Shown one piece after another: positions 39,859-49,798 of a stretch of 64,000 nt of DNA. The translations under genes were made by a program, and so were the position numbers. Numbering within the stretch: position 1 is the stretch's first letter; every line of letters starts with the position of its first letter. Under the pieces are notes generated by a model. The model made no database searches, was not told where the DNA came from, and worked only from the letters and a program-made list of their open reading frames with translations. The stretch is from Candidatus Omnitrophota bacterium (lineage in GTDB: Bacteria > Omnitrophota > Gorgyraeia > Zapsychrales > Zapsychraceae), in contig JACKFK010000007.1 in the NCBI GenBank assembly GCA_020632515.1, forward strand, positions 13,323 through 77,322, given 5' to 3'.

Positions 39859-40905
39859 TCAATTATGGACAAAACGTTCTATATTGACATTTGAAATAAT
39901 TGGACCTTTATTAATTAAGAACGCGGAAAAATTCTTGGCATAGAATGGCCCAATAAGGAAACCTTTTGAACCAAATCCATTAAATATCCCAATATTCTTC
40001 ATTTTCGGATGCATACCAATGACAGGCTGCTGATCTTTTATCACCGGACGAACCGCGGCTTTATGTTGAACAACAGTTTTCTCCCGCTGAATATATTGAA
40101 GCTCTTCTAAAATATCATCTCTACCCTCTTTGGTAGGTTCACAATTTAAATCCTCCCATAAATAACTGGCCCCGGCTGCCCATCGATCTTTTTCTAATGG
40201 CACACACCATTTTCCTTTATTGATAATAGCGTCTGGCAGACCATCTGACGTCATTTTCAATTCAAGAATTTCTCCCTTAACACTATTAAAAGGAAGCCAG
40301 TCAAACCAAGGATTAAATTGCGCTTTAAATCCTTCACAAAAAATAATATTTTTAAATGACTGGCCCTGATATTTCACATGATCATCATGAACAGTCAAAT
40401 CATTATAGACAAATGCCTGGCGCGCAAGCAAATTGCTCTCAAGAAAAAACTCTTTAAAAGAATTAAGGAGTAACTCCGTGGCCACAACCGCGGCATTAAG
40501 AATACGAATGCTGCCTAAAGGATCATCAAGAAATGGTTGGTGGGTATGCGCGGGAAAATATTCCTCAAGATATTTCTTAAGTATCCCCCGCTCGTCTTTT
40601 TTATTATACTTAGCCCGCTCTTCTTCATTCTTGAAAATACGCAAGATCGGCACTTCTTTAAAGAATTTCCTATTAAAATGTCCTTCCAAATCACGATAAA
40701 CTTCTTTCGCGCAGGAATAAAACATATCAAAATCCGGCATTAATGCCAGCCGTTTTCCTGTAACAGGATTAATAATACCTGCCGCTGTAAGAGAAGAAGA
40801 CTGCTGATGAAAATTATCAATGATCCGTATTTTCTGCTTCCTCTTAATTAATTCCCAAGCAAGAAAACTGCCAGCCACGCCTTGACCGATAATAAGCGTT
40901 TCCAT
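39859..40905 (-). CDS. mnmC: FAD-dependent oxidoreductase (stand-alone MnmC oxidase-domain-like)
   Basis: N-terminal dinucleotide fold IIGQGVAGSFLAWEL; DAO-family layout. Linked to the MnmC methyltransferase gene two genes upstream. Confidence 0.6.
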   Translation of the reverse strand: METLIIGQGVAGSFLAWELIKRKQKIRIIDNFHQQSSSLTAAGIINPVTGKRLALMPDFDMFYSCAKEVYRDLEGHFNRKFFKEVPILRIFKNEEERAKYNKKDERGILKKYLEEYFPAHTHQPFLDDPLGSIRILNAAVVATELLLNSFKEFFLESNLLARQAFVYNDLTVHDDHVKYQGQSFKNIIFCEGFKAQFNPWFDWLPFNSVKGEILELKMTSDGLPDAIINKGKWCVPLEKDRWAAGASYLWEDLNCEPTKEGRDDILEELQYIQREKTVVQHKAAVRPVIKDQQPVIGMHPKMKNIGIFNGFGSKGFLIGPFYAKNFSAFLINKGPIISNVNIERFVHN

Positions 40906-41006
40906 AAAATCTTATCCGACTTTAATGAAAAATGATAAGCCTTACTCGTCAATTACTTGAGTAACACTTATCATTCTTCAATTAATACTAAATTCCATGA
41001 AACTCT

Positions 41007-41489
41007 TTAATGCTCATGCCCATGCGGTCCATGAACATGACCGTGAGACAGTTCTTCTTCAGTGGCATCACGTACCTCAACAATTTCTACATCAAAATGC
41101 AATGTAACATCTGCCAACGGATGATTCAAATCAAGAACGACATTCTCACCCTCAACTTTTGCCACTGTTGCTATCCGCACCCCTTGAGGTGATTGCATCT
41201 GAAACTGAACACCTACTTGAACTTCTTCCTTTTTCGGAAACTGTGAAATTGGAACAGGCTGTATTAAACGTTCATCCTTTTTACCGTAAGCCTCTTCAGG
41301 AGGAATTACCGCATTTACTTTATCTCCAACAATTTTCCCTTCTAAAGCTTTTTCTAAACCAGGAATAATATTCCCAATTCCCTGGATATATCCTAAAGGA
41401 TTATTTCCATTTGATGTGTCAAGGACTTCTCCTTGATCGTTTTTTAACGTGTAATGAATGCTAACAACTTTGTTATTTTCAATCTTCAT
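41007..41489 (-). CDS. slyD: FKBP-type peptidyl-prolyl isomerase SlyD with a His-rich tail
   Basis: VSIHYTLKNDQGEVLD...IIPGLEKALEGK...NHPLADVTLHFDVEIVEV, and the tail HGHVHGPHGHEH. Confidence 0.85.
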   Translation of the reverse strand: MKIENNKVVSIHYTLKNDQGEVLDTSNGNNPLGYIQGIGNIIPGLEKALEGKIVGDKVNAVIPPEEAYGKKDERLIQPVPISQFPKKEEVQVGVQFQMQSPQGVRIATVAKVEGENVVLDLNHPLADVTLHFDVEIVEVRDATEEELSHGHVHGPHGHEH

Positions 41490-42253
41490 AAAGTCTCCTT
41501 AACTTTATCTTCCTTCAACATTCCGATTAACATCTGTCTTTTTTGACCGAACCCTTTTATTTTCTCGGTCGAAAAACCCTGTGCATTCAATCCACGGCGC
41601 ACCAAACCTGCTACTGTAAACGTACTTAATGTTGTTCCACTATAACTTAAAGCTGCCATTAGCGCAAATACTTCATTCGTCCACATCTGCGGATTCTTGG
41701 CCGGCGCGAAACCATCTAAAAACCAAGCGTCAATCTGCTTTGAATATTGAATCTTAAATCGTTCTAAGGCCTTAAGAACATGATCAAAGATTAAAGAAAG
41801 TTTTATCTGTCCACCTTCCAAAGAAACAGACTGAATTTGTTGGTTTGACAGATTGAAAGACTCATAATTCTCCACCAACTGATCCGCGTATAACTTTAAT
41901 TCAGGCCAAAGGTTTAACGCCTTGGCTAAATCTTCAACCTTCAATGGAAATTGATCTAAGGAAAGATAATGCAGCCTCCAATTCTTCGGTGCATGTGTCT
42001 GCCATAATTTCCAAGCACAGCAAAAATTTAAACCTGTCCCAAAGCCTGTTTCGACAATTGTGAAAATACCTGGCTGAGCTTCAGATAGATTCGCCCATCG
42101 TTGTTCTAAATTATTGCCGCCGCAAAAAATATATTCGGACTCTAAAAGGCCATTTTCCTGACAAAAATACTTATCATCAAAAAATGTTGAATGCGGACGC
42201 CCTTGTGCATCCCATTTGATCACCGCCCTTTGGTTTACACTTTCAGTCATCAC
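41486..42253 (-). CDS. mnmC: tRNA 5-methylaminomethyl-2-thiouridine methyltransferase (stand-alone MnmC methyltransferase domain)
   Basis: ETGFGTGLNF and the hallmark DAWFLDGFAPAKNPQMW. Confidence 0.8.
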   Translation of the reverse strand: MMTESVNQRAVIKWDAQGRPHSTFFDDKYFCQENGLLESEYIFCGGNNLEQRWANLSEAQPGIFTIVETGFGTGLNFCCAWKLWQTHAPKNWRLHYLSLDQFPLKVEDLAKALNLWPELKLYADQLVENYESFNLSNQQIQSVSLEGGQIKLSLIFDHVLKALERFKIQYSKQIDAWFLDGFAPAKNPQMWTNEVFALMAALSYSGTTLSTFTVAGLVRRGLNAQGFSTEKIKGFGQKRQMLIGMLKEDKVKETL

Positions 42254-42477
42254 ACATTAATTTCATATTTACGGGTCAAAAGATTGCCGTTGACCTGATG
42301 AATAAACTGTTTTAGCTTCGTATTGGGAATATTAATTTCCGTAACTTTATCATGTGTTGCATCTTCAAAAACAATTTGCAGACAAACTTTTTCTTTTTCG
42401 TCCAAATAATGCTTCACATATAAACGAAACTCGCTTCCATAATCTTGCCACTCAATAATATCATTTAAATTAGCCAT
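42250..42477 (-). CDS. hypothetical small protein
   Basis: 75-aa ORF overlapping the mnmC methyltransferase gene by 4 nt. Confidence 0.45.
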   Translation of the reverse strand: MANLNDIIEWQDYGSEFRLYVKHYLDEKEKVCLQIVFEDATHDKVTEINIPNTKLKQFIHQVNGNLLTRKYEINV

Positions 42478-42527
42478 ATAAACTCCTTTATTAGTTGATA
42501 AATTTTATTAAGGAATATTGAAAAAAA

Positions 42528-43607
42528 TTATTTTAACCGTTCGGTAATCTGGTAAAGGATACCTCCTGCCACTTTTGATTTTGGCATGAGATATTTTCTG
42601 GCGGTTACATTTAATTTGGTCTTTTTAGAAGAAACTTCTTCAAACCACACTTTCACATCATACCCATTAATCTTGGCGGAAATAGCTTTGCGTTCATGAT
42701 CAATTTTTTTGATAGAACCAATTTCTTGAAAAATTCTCTCAACCTCTTTAAAAACCTTCCGGTATTTCATATCAAATTCTGCTGTCGCGTTATCTTTTCC
42801 GACAATTACCCCAAAAACACCAGCAGGCAGAAATCCCACCCCCATCAAAGCACCAGCCGCATAAATACCTGCACTGCGAATCGCAGTCGGCCCCATAGCG
42901 TTAATTAAGACTATCGTCACCAGCTTTGAAATACTATTAATATTCTTAAATTCTTTGTTCTTCAAATCCACGTCATAAACAAGAATCGTTGGATTTTCTC
43001 CTTTAGAATAATCTTTATAAACAACCTGTTCAACATTCAATCGCAATTCATCGATCTGCAAAGGCGGCAATAGTGGCTTTTTTGAAGATTTTTTATCCAA
43101 AACTTCTTCGTAAGAAACAATTTCTTCAACAGGAGATTCCGGAAAAACTTCTTTTTCCTTCTCTTCTTGTTCTGGTTCAATTATATCCGGTTCTGGCCTG
43201 CTAATTTCTTCTGCTTTTTGCGAATCTTTAACAACTTTAAGCGCATCCACATTCAGCTGTCCGTCTTTATTCTTAACAACCACCATCTTCTTTAAATTGA
43301 TTACCGCTAATGGAATATGCATCTTACCCGCGGCCATGGCCCATAAATTACATTTAATAGTAATCTCTGGCATTTCAATTAATTCATCGTTCCCAAAACC
43401 CGGAGGATTATAAATCCGCACATCTTTCATAGACACTTTTTGGGTTAATATACTTAACGAAAATTTCCTAACTTGAACCTGAGCTCCCAGTGTCGATGAA
43501 CCTACTTTTGTGATAACGGTCTTAATAATAAAGTTCTTTGAAATCAGAAAAACTAAAAAAATAAGACCAATAACAAATAAAATCTTTTTTAATATTTCTT
43601 TATTCAT
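42528..43607 (-). CDS. membrane-anchored protein (AsmA/DUF748-like N-terminus, DUF3568-like C-terminus)
   Basis: N-terminal TM, an acidic linker, a Gly-rich hydrophobic patch, and a C-terminal alpha/beta module. Family names are from memory only. Confidence 0.5.
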   Translation of the reverse strand: MNKEILKKILFVIGLIFLVFLISKNFIIKTVITKVGSSTLGAQVQVRKFSLSILTQKVSMKDVRIYNPPGFGNDELIEMPEITIKCNLWAMAAGKMHIPLAVINLKKMVVVKNKDGQLNVDALKVVKDSQKAEEISRPEPDIIEPEQEEKEKEVFPESPVEEIVSYEEVLDKKSSKKPLLPPLQIDELRLNVEQVVYKDYSKGENPTILVYDVDLKNKEFKNINSISKLVTIVLINAMGPTAIRSAGIYAAGALMGVGFLPAGVFGVIVGKDNATAEFDMKYRKVFKEVERIFQEIGSIKKIDHERKAISAKINGYDVKVWFEEVSSKKTKLNVTARKYLMPKSKVAGGILYQITERLK

Positions 43608-43620
43608 AAATCAACGGATA

Positions 43621-43716
43621 AAAAATTAGGCGCGCTCAGATTGTGGCAGGCTATTCATCTCATTTGGCATATTAAAACCAATACCACGAATGAGCTACCC
43701 ACAATCAAAGCGCGCC
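43621..43716 (-). terminator. long imperfect GC-rich hairpin followed by a T run (terminator or structured RNA)
   Basis: Arms GGCGCGCT..ATTGTGG.. (43629 onward) and ..CCACAAT..AGCGCGCC (to 43716). On the minus strand it is followed by TAATTTTT. Confidence 0.5.
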
Positions 43717-43753
43717 ATAACCTTACATCAATAACTGTTTATTTCGAATTCTA

Positions 43754-44287
43754 TTATTTCAAAAACTTTTCTTCAAATGCTTTAATTTCACGCGGCGAAT
43801 AATTCTTTACAAGTTCAAGACCACCATCATAAACAGACACTTGGCCATTACCGTCACGTGTCGATACATATAAAAGATTACCATCTTTATCTAAAGCACG
43901 AACTAACCCTTCGTTCTTTTCAATAATTACGGTAGAATCACCTTGAGCTGTTTGTGCGTCAATAGTGATTTGTTGATTTTCCTGATTAAACGAAATCGTC
44001 GCTTCTGAGGATCCTTCTTTAACGAACTTCATATTATTATCAACCTCAACCACATCTACAGGATTATCTCCTGTCCAAAATTCAATTGAGTTAAAAATAA
44101 CAGCATCAGCAAATGTACTGATTCCATATATAGGAAGAAAGATTGTACCTAAGAATAACAGCTCATCAGCCCATTTATCATCTTGCGATCGATGAAAATT
44201 GTAAACTTTACGTGTTAAATTAAACGACCCTGTACAACCAGTAAACACAAAACAGCAAAGTACTAATGTGATTAATGATTTTCTCAA
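43754..44287 (-). CDS. DUF3332-like lipoprotein
   Basis: Lipobox FTGC, then SFNLTRKVYNFHRS...DAVIFNSIEFWTG. Confidence 0.6.
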   Translation of the reverse strand: MRKSLITLVLCCFVFTGCTGSFNLTRKVYNFHRSQDDKWADELLFLGTIFLPIYGISTFADAVIFNSIEFWTGDNPVDVVEVDNNMKFVKEGSSEATISFNQENQQITIDAQTAQGDSTVIIEKNEGLVRALDKDGNLLYVSTRDGNGQVSVYDGGLELVKNYSPREIKAFEEKFLK

Positions 44288-44404
44288 GGCTTCCTCCTTT
44301 GTTGAAGTTTAATCCGATTGAGGCTTATCCTCAAATTTTATTCATTTTAAACTTTGATACTCAATTATGTCAATATAAAACTACCGTAAACACATTTTAT
44401 TTAC

Positions 44405-45082
44405 CTATTTTTCTTTTTTAAAACCCTTACCGTTCCAACGAAATCCATCTTCGTTAAATTTCTTAAATAATTTCGTGTCCACACACTGATTTTGACACAG
44501 CCAACGGATAAATCTTCCTTTGATATGTTTGCCTTGATGTCCAGCAGGAATCGCTTTCCCATTTTTCACGACGACAAAATCAACAGCAACACCATCATCA
44601 TAAACAACTGCTTTTTTATGCGTCTGCGGCAGCAAATCAATCACAAAACACCCCTTTAATTCTTTTCCATTATGCGGCCGCCAATGTTTATCCGCGCCTA
44701 ATTTCTCAATCTTTAGTTTATAATCCGGAATCAAATCTGTCGGCTTCACCAAACCAAAAACAGCCGAGACAATACGCACATGACGGTTAAAGAAAGCCTT
44801 CGCTTTTTCATCAAATGAAGGATAATCAATCGCGATATAGACTACGCCGCTGTAGCGTTCCACTGCTGGCATCGTCGAAAAAGAAAGGATATTCTGGTTA
44901 GCATGCCTGGCCTGTTCCAACGTCTTTCCCTTCACGCCTAAAATTTTCTCCCAATTTTGATGTTGATCTGCCAATTGCGTGATGATTGTTTTAACCGTCG
45001 AAGATACTTTCTTTAAAGCCGGCCCTGTTCCTCCAGCTTGCTTCCCCTCTGACGGTGGAATAAGAATAATTACATCATTCAT
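44405..45082 (-). CDS. yaaA: YaaA/DUF328 family (peroxide-stress) protein
   Basis: ILIPPSEGK N-terminal motif; PAVERYSGVVY. Confidence 0.65.
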   Translation of the reverse strand: MNDVIILIPPSEGKQAGGTGPALKKVSSTVKTIITQLADQHQNWEKILGVKGKTLEQARHANQNILSFSTMPAVERYSGVVYIAIDYPSFDEKAKAFFNRHVRIVSAVFGLVKPTDLIPDYKLKIEKLGADKHWRPHNGKELKGCFVIDLLPQTHKKAVVYDDGVAVDFVVVKNGKAIPAGHQGKHIKGRFIRWLCQNQCVDTKLFKKFNEDGFRWNGKGFKKEK

Positions 45083-45083
45083 A

Positions 45084-46196
45084 TTAAATATTTTTGTTCT
45101 TGGAATTTAAAAAACTTGTTATAAATCTTTGCCCGCTTATAAGACAAATATCCCATGCCCAGGCGACAAAGAAAATGAAAAACGGCATGATCCACACAAT
45201 CTGTCGTGCCAAAAACCAATATTTTGTTTTCACGTCCACCAGAATTATTAATGTGATTGGCAGAAAAATCAGCAAACCAAAAAACAAAAGCATTTTTATC
45301 CTCTGTTTTAAGGCCAAATAAAAAGCGACTGGAACTGCCAGTAACGTAAAATTAAAAACTTTATATCCTAAACAATTACGGACAATAACATCACAAAATT
45401 TATAGAAATGCTCAAGCGGATGCGGAACAAATTGAAACGCCGGACGGATCGACTGCATTTTGTTAGCTGTCCATCCAAATGAATTTCCTGATGCATACCA
45501 GATCCAAATTATTAAAGCAAGAATCCAATATTTTAGATAATAACGCAGCCCTTGATGTCGAATCATAGTTTTCCAATCAAAATGTTCTGCGGTAAGAATG
45601 ACAAACATAAGCGGCAAAAAAACAATCAGAATTCCATAAGCATGAAAATTCATAGCTATCATCCAATAAAACCCGATCAATATACGTTTTTTCGTCGAAA
45701 GATTTTCGAAATGATTAACAATCAATTGCGCAAAATAAAAACTCCCCAAGGCCAAAGCCGGCAAGACCGCGTAAGGTCGAAATTCCAAAGCATGATACAC
45801 AAAATATTGATGATGAAAAACCAGCAAAAACATTATAAAAAACCCTGCAAATGTTTGAAAATAAATCTTACCCAATCTAAATAAGAAATAAAAAAATAAA
45901 ATAATGAACGGCGCATGCGGCAAAGCCAACCCCCATTTGTGCACGCCAAATATTTGCACAAAAGGATACGTTAATAAATATTCTCCAGGAAAGCTGGTAT
46001 GATCTCCATAATAATGATGCTGCCAAAAAGGCTTAAAAACTCCTTTTGTCATTTCAATCTGATACAATTCATCGGCGTTAAACGATCTTGTTGTATACAT
46101 CTTAAAAATAAAATAAAGCCAAAGAACAAAAAAAATAACAGCCATTACGACTGTTATAACTCCATTCCATTTCCCTTTTTTTATCTTCATAACCAT
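45084..46196 (-). CDS. polytopic membrane protein, GT-C-like glycosyltransferase candidate
   Basis: About 10 TM segments; acidic motif in the first loop (FNADELYQ). Sits next to two GT2 genes. Confidence 0.45.
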   Translation of the reverse strand: MVMKIKKGKWNGVITVVMAVIFFVLWLYFIFKMYTTRSFNADELYQIEMTKGVFKPFWQHHYYGDHTSFPGEYLLTYPFVQIFGVHKWGLALPHAPFIILFFYFLFRLGKIYFQTFAGFFIMFLLVFHHQYFVYHALEFRPYAVLPALALGSFYFAQLIVNHFENLSTKKRILIGFYWMIAMNFHAYGILIVFLPLMFVILTAEHFDWKTMIRHQGLRYYLKYWILALIIWIWYASGNSFGWTANKMQSIRPAFQFVPHPLEHFYKFCDVIVRNCLGYKVFNFTLLAVPVAFYLALKQRIKMLLFFGLLIFLPITLIILVDVKTKYWFLARQIVWIMPFFIFFVAWAWDICLISGQRFITSFLNSKNKNI

Positions 46197-46203
46197 CGGT
46201 ATA

Positions 46204-46575
46204 TTATTTTTTTAAACTACCGAATCCTCGCGTCTGAAGTTCCTTCAAAACAATATCGCGTTTATCCCCTTGAATCTCGATAACACCGCTCTCTTCTTTA
46301 ATATAAAAAGTTCCACCACTGCCAGTTTTAGATTTTAAATGCTTGGCCAACTGCTTAAGGTATTTTTCATCCATCGGCAGATCTGTAATTAATGTAACAA
46401 TCTTGCCATGCCGGTTGGATTTATCCAGACAAACACGAGGGCTGTATAAATTCTGTTTAGGCTGGGTAGGATCATACCCTGGACACTGACAGTCTGCCAC
46501 AATTTTCTGACATTTAGGACAGAGGGTATTTCCTTGAAGATCTTTGGGGAAAACAGATTCGGGAATATCAATCAT
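46204..46575 (-). CDS. yciH: SUI1/YciH translation initiation factor-like protein
   Basis: CPKC..C..C N-terminus, then KTGSGGTFYIKEESGVIEIQGDKRDIVLKELQTRGF. Confidence 0.8.
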   Translation of the reverse strand: MIDIPESVFPKDLQGNTLCPKCQKIVADCQCPGYDPTQPKQNLYSPRVCLDKSNRHGKIVTLITDLPMDEKYLKQLAKHLKSKTGSGGTFYIKEESGVIEIQGDKRDIVLKELQTRGFGSLKK

Positions 46576-46600
46576 AACTATTGGTAAATTTTAAAAATCC

Positions 46601-47605
46601 TTAACTGCGATATCGGATAAACATTTTTTCACGTTTCTTATGCCATTGACCTCGAAACTTTTTTAACAGATCAATAACAGGAAAATAAGATATAACATAA
46701 TAAAGCCAAAGTTTATTGGCAAACGGATTAACCTTATACTCTAATGCTTTTCGCAAATTTTCTCGCCCTTCCCGCCCCTGATTATTTAAAATCAAACTTG
46801 TCCCTAACGCATAATACGTTTTAAACCATTTTTGCTGCAACGCTTCTTCACCAATACGCTTTTTAATTTCCGGTGAATATTTTAAAATATTCTTGTTAAT
46901 CCGCAACTGCGCTTTAGCCTGTGTTAATCCTTTAAAAGACAGACTAGTTTCATGCCGGCGCATCCGGCATAAAATCTTTGGAATATATCCGATATCAAAA
47001 CGGGATGTCAGTTTCATCCAATAATCATAATCTCCCCCAACTCGCAGCTCTCTGTCAAATTTTCCAACTTTTTGAAGCACATCCTGCCGAGCAAGATTAG
47101 CAGAAAAAGGAATAAAATTTCCATTTTGAAAAAGCTGATCAACGCAGCGGCCAGTATATGGTTTTTTATTTGATCCTTCTCCAAAACGATGAGCGACTTT
47201 CTTATTAGTCTTAGAATCAAAAAATTCGACATTTGAATAAACAAAGGCTTTATTCTCATTTTTATCCAAATATCGCACAAAATTCTCTAAAAGGGTTTTA
47301 TGCCAAATGTCATCTGCGTCCAGAAACCCAATAAATTCTCCCCGTGCCAAATTCAAACCAACATTTCTTGCCGCGTAAACCCCTTGATTTTCTTGATAAT
47401 GATAACGTAACCGTCCTTGAAATTTTTTCTGGAACTGCGCGATCAGCTGATCAGTGTTATCAGTGGATCCATCATCAACCACTAACACTTCATAATCGGT
47501 AAAAGTCTGCTTTAATATACTTTCAAGACTTTCCTGCAAATACTTACGATAATTATATGTGGCAATAATGATACTGACGCGGGGGTTTTTGGTTTGATTA
47601 ATCAT
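46601..47605 (-). CDS. family 2 glycosyltransferase
   Basis: VSIIIATYN...VVDDGSTDNT...FLDADD. Confidence 0.85.
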   Translation of the reverse strand: MINQTKNPRVSIIIATYNYRKYLQESLESILKQTFTDYEVLVVDDGSTDNTDQLIAQFQKKFQGRLRYHYQENQGVYAARNVGLNLARGEFIGFLDADDIWHKTLLENFVRYLDKNENKAFVYSNVEFFDSKTNKKVAHRFGEGSNKKPYTGRCVDQLFQNGNFIPFSANLARQDVLQKVGKFDRELRVGGDYDYWMKLTSRFDIGYIPKILCRMRRHETSLSFKGLTQAKAQLRINKNILKYSPEIKKRIGEEALQQKWFKTYYALGTSLILNNQGREGRENLRKALEYKVNPFANKLWLYYVISYFPVIDLLKKFRGQWHKKREKMFIRYRS

Positions 47606-48579
47606 GTTCTAACTAATGCCTTGCGAATGTTCCGACGGCTTAGAAGATTAAATGATAATAGTCGAATAAACTTATTACAGAATTTCTTTAAAAAAAGGAT
47701 TCCATTTCCTATTGATACCTGGCTTAAAAATCCCCGCCAATAAGCATGAAAGGCCTGCATTGTCTGTCCACATTCGTAATAAGCATCACCCAGCTCATAA
47801 TACGATTTCCCTAATTCTAACTTAGCTAAGTTAATAAACTGTTTATTAAGAAAAAAACTTTCCTTCAAAAAATGAATTAACACATTTTTATGTTCTTTAC
47901 ATCGTTTGATAGCATTAAAGGATAAGTTCCCCCCATGCACCCGCTTAAACAACAAGATATCTGCTTGCAAGGCAAACTTGGTTACCTTAGCGCAGCGAAT
48001 CCAGTATTCAAAATCAAAACAAATCCGAAATTCCGGATTAGTAACGCCTATTTTCTCGATAATATTCCGGCGAATCATTACTGATGAAAACGTGCAGACA
48101 AAATTCTCCTTCATCATAATCTGCAGATTATCGCCGGCTAATGGGGCATCAAAATTATATGTATCTTTTAAACGTAAACGATGGAAATGACGTTTTAGAG
48201 GGGTATCTTTTCCGGCAAACCGTGTCACAAAATTTGCGCATGTTACTCCAACATCCGGATATTTGAGCATAAGGTCAACCTGCTTTTCCAATTTATGCTT
48301 AAACCACAAATCGTCCTGTTCAAGAATAGCAATAAAATCCCCTTTAGCCATTTGCATTCCAGTATTCATGGCCTTAGCCGCTCCGCCGTTCTCTTTACGG
48401 TGATAAATGATCTTATCTTCAAATGGCTTTAAAACATCCGGCGTATTGTCTGTGGAGCCGTCATCAATCACAATAATTTCAAAAGGCTGATAGGTTTGTT
48501 GAAATACACTTTTAAGGGTTTGCGGTAAGAATACTGCGCCGTTATAGGCAGGAATTATGACAGAAATTTTGGGATTCAT
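47602..48579 (-). CDS. family 2 glycosyltransferase
   Basis: ISVIIPAYN...VIDDGSTDNT...ILEQDD. Confidence 0.85.
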   Translation of the reverse strand: MNPKISVIIPAYNGAVFLPQTLKSVFQQTYQPFEIIVIDDGSTDNTPDVLKPFEDKIIYHRKENGGAAKAMNTGMQMAKGDFIAILEQDDLWFKHKLEKQVDLMLKYPDVGVTCANFVTRFAGKDTPLKRHFHRLRLKDTYNFDAPLAGDNLQIMMKENFVCTFSSVMIRRNIIEKIGVTNPEFRICFDFEYWIRCAKVTKFALQADILLFKRVHGGNLSFNAIKRCKEHKNVLIHFLKESFFLNKQFINLAKLELGKSYYELGDAYYECGQTMQAFHAYWRGFLSQVSIGNGILFLKKFCNKFIRLLSFNLLSRRNIRKALVRT

Positions 48580-48703
48580 GAGACGCTTCTAAGTATAAAC
48601 TGTTTTTTATTCAATTTCTCTGACTATTAAGCGTCTTAGTAAACCACAGGACAGCTTAGCTGTCAACCTTGGAAAGAGGACGTGTAATATTCCAAATATT
48701 TGA

Positions 48704-49786
48704 TTAAAGTAAACCAAAAAGATAACCTAAACCTGAACCCAAAAGAACAAGCCAAATTGAACTAAGTTTTTTAAAGAAAATAACAAAGATAAGGCCGACC
48801 GCAGCGATCACAAACATTTTCCACCCCACCAAAACACTCACCGCTAATTTTATTAAGACTGCTGCCATCACTCCGACCGCGCTCACATTGACCGCGTCTA
48901 AGAATGCCGCACTCCAAGTCGATTTACGCATCATCGGGATTAAAGGATTTAATAGCGCCACAAAAACAAAAGACGGCAAAAATATCCCTACTGTTGCAGC
49001 TATCGCTCCGCCGACACCGGCGATTTGATAACCGATAAATGTCGCAGTGGAAAGCACTGGGCCTGGCGTAAATTGACCAATAGCCACCGCATCTAAGAGT
49101 TCCTGCTGTGTGATCCATTGAAGCTGTTCCACCAATCCTCCTTGCAGATACGCGATCAAAACATAACCACTGCCAAAAAGAATCATTCCGATCTTAAGAA
49201 AAAAAAGAAATACCGGCGTCACCATCAGGCATTTCTTTCCCTTAATATGTTTTGAAATTTGCAGCCAGAACATACCTAAAATGCCGCCAAAAAGGATCGC
49301 CGCAATTTCACTTAGTCCTAAAAAGACGCCAATAACAACCAATATTCCCAATATACCTAACTCAAAACGCTTAACAGCCTTTTGTCCCAGCTTCATCACC
49401 GCGCCTAGAATTAATGCCAACACAACCGGACGAATCCCGACAAAAAAAGGTTCCACTGCTGGCAATTGGCCAAATTCAACATAAAAAGCGGCAAGCACGC
49501 CAGTTAAAATACACGCCGGAAAAATAAAACTTACCCCAGCGGCGATTAATCCCGGCCAGCCAGCGCGATGAAACCCGCAATGAATCGCCATTTCTGTTGA
49601 ATTAGGACCAGGAATAAGATTGGTCGCACCGACAAGATCCAAAAAATGTTCCCGGCTCATCCATTTGCGCTTGGTGACAACTTCATCTTCCATCATGGCG
49701 ATATGCGCCGCCGGCCCGCCAAACGCGCTGATGCCGAGTTTGAAAAAAAGAGTGCTAACTTCTTTAAGATGGTCTAATTTTGGCAT
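48704..49786 (-). CDS. chrA: chromate transporter (CHR family, fused two-domain form)
   Basis: FGGPAAHIAMMEDEVV...PGPNSTEMA, with a repeated half containing FTPGPVLSTATFIGY. Confidence 0.8.
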   Translation of the reverse strand: MPKLDHLKEVSTLFFKLGISAFGGPAAHIAMMEDEVVTKRKWMSREHFLDLVGATNLIPGPNSTEMAIHCGFHRAGWPGLIAAGVSFIFPACILTGVLAAFYVEFGQLPAVEPFFVGIRPVVLALILGAVMKLGQKAVKRFELGILGILVVIGVFLGLSEIAAILFGGILGMFWLQISKHIKGKKCLMVTPVFLFFLKIGMILFGSGYVLIAYLQGGLVEQLQWITQQELLDAVAIGQFTPGPVLSTATFIGYQIAGVGGAIAATVGIFLPSFVFVALLNPLIPMMRKSTWSAAFLDAVNVSAVGVMAAVLIKLAVSVLVGWKMFVIAAVGLIFVIFFKKLSSIWLVLLGSGLGYLFGLL

Positions 49787-49798
49787 GATTAGAAATTG

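Noticed and set aside
44405-48579. yaaA, GT-C-like membrane protein, yciH and two GT2 genes considered as a novel glycan system.
   Set aside because: These are ordinary family members with no unusual fusion, repeat or interruption. The embedded yciH looks like simple gene packing. I could point to nothing in the sequence itself.
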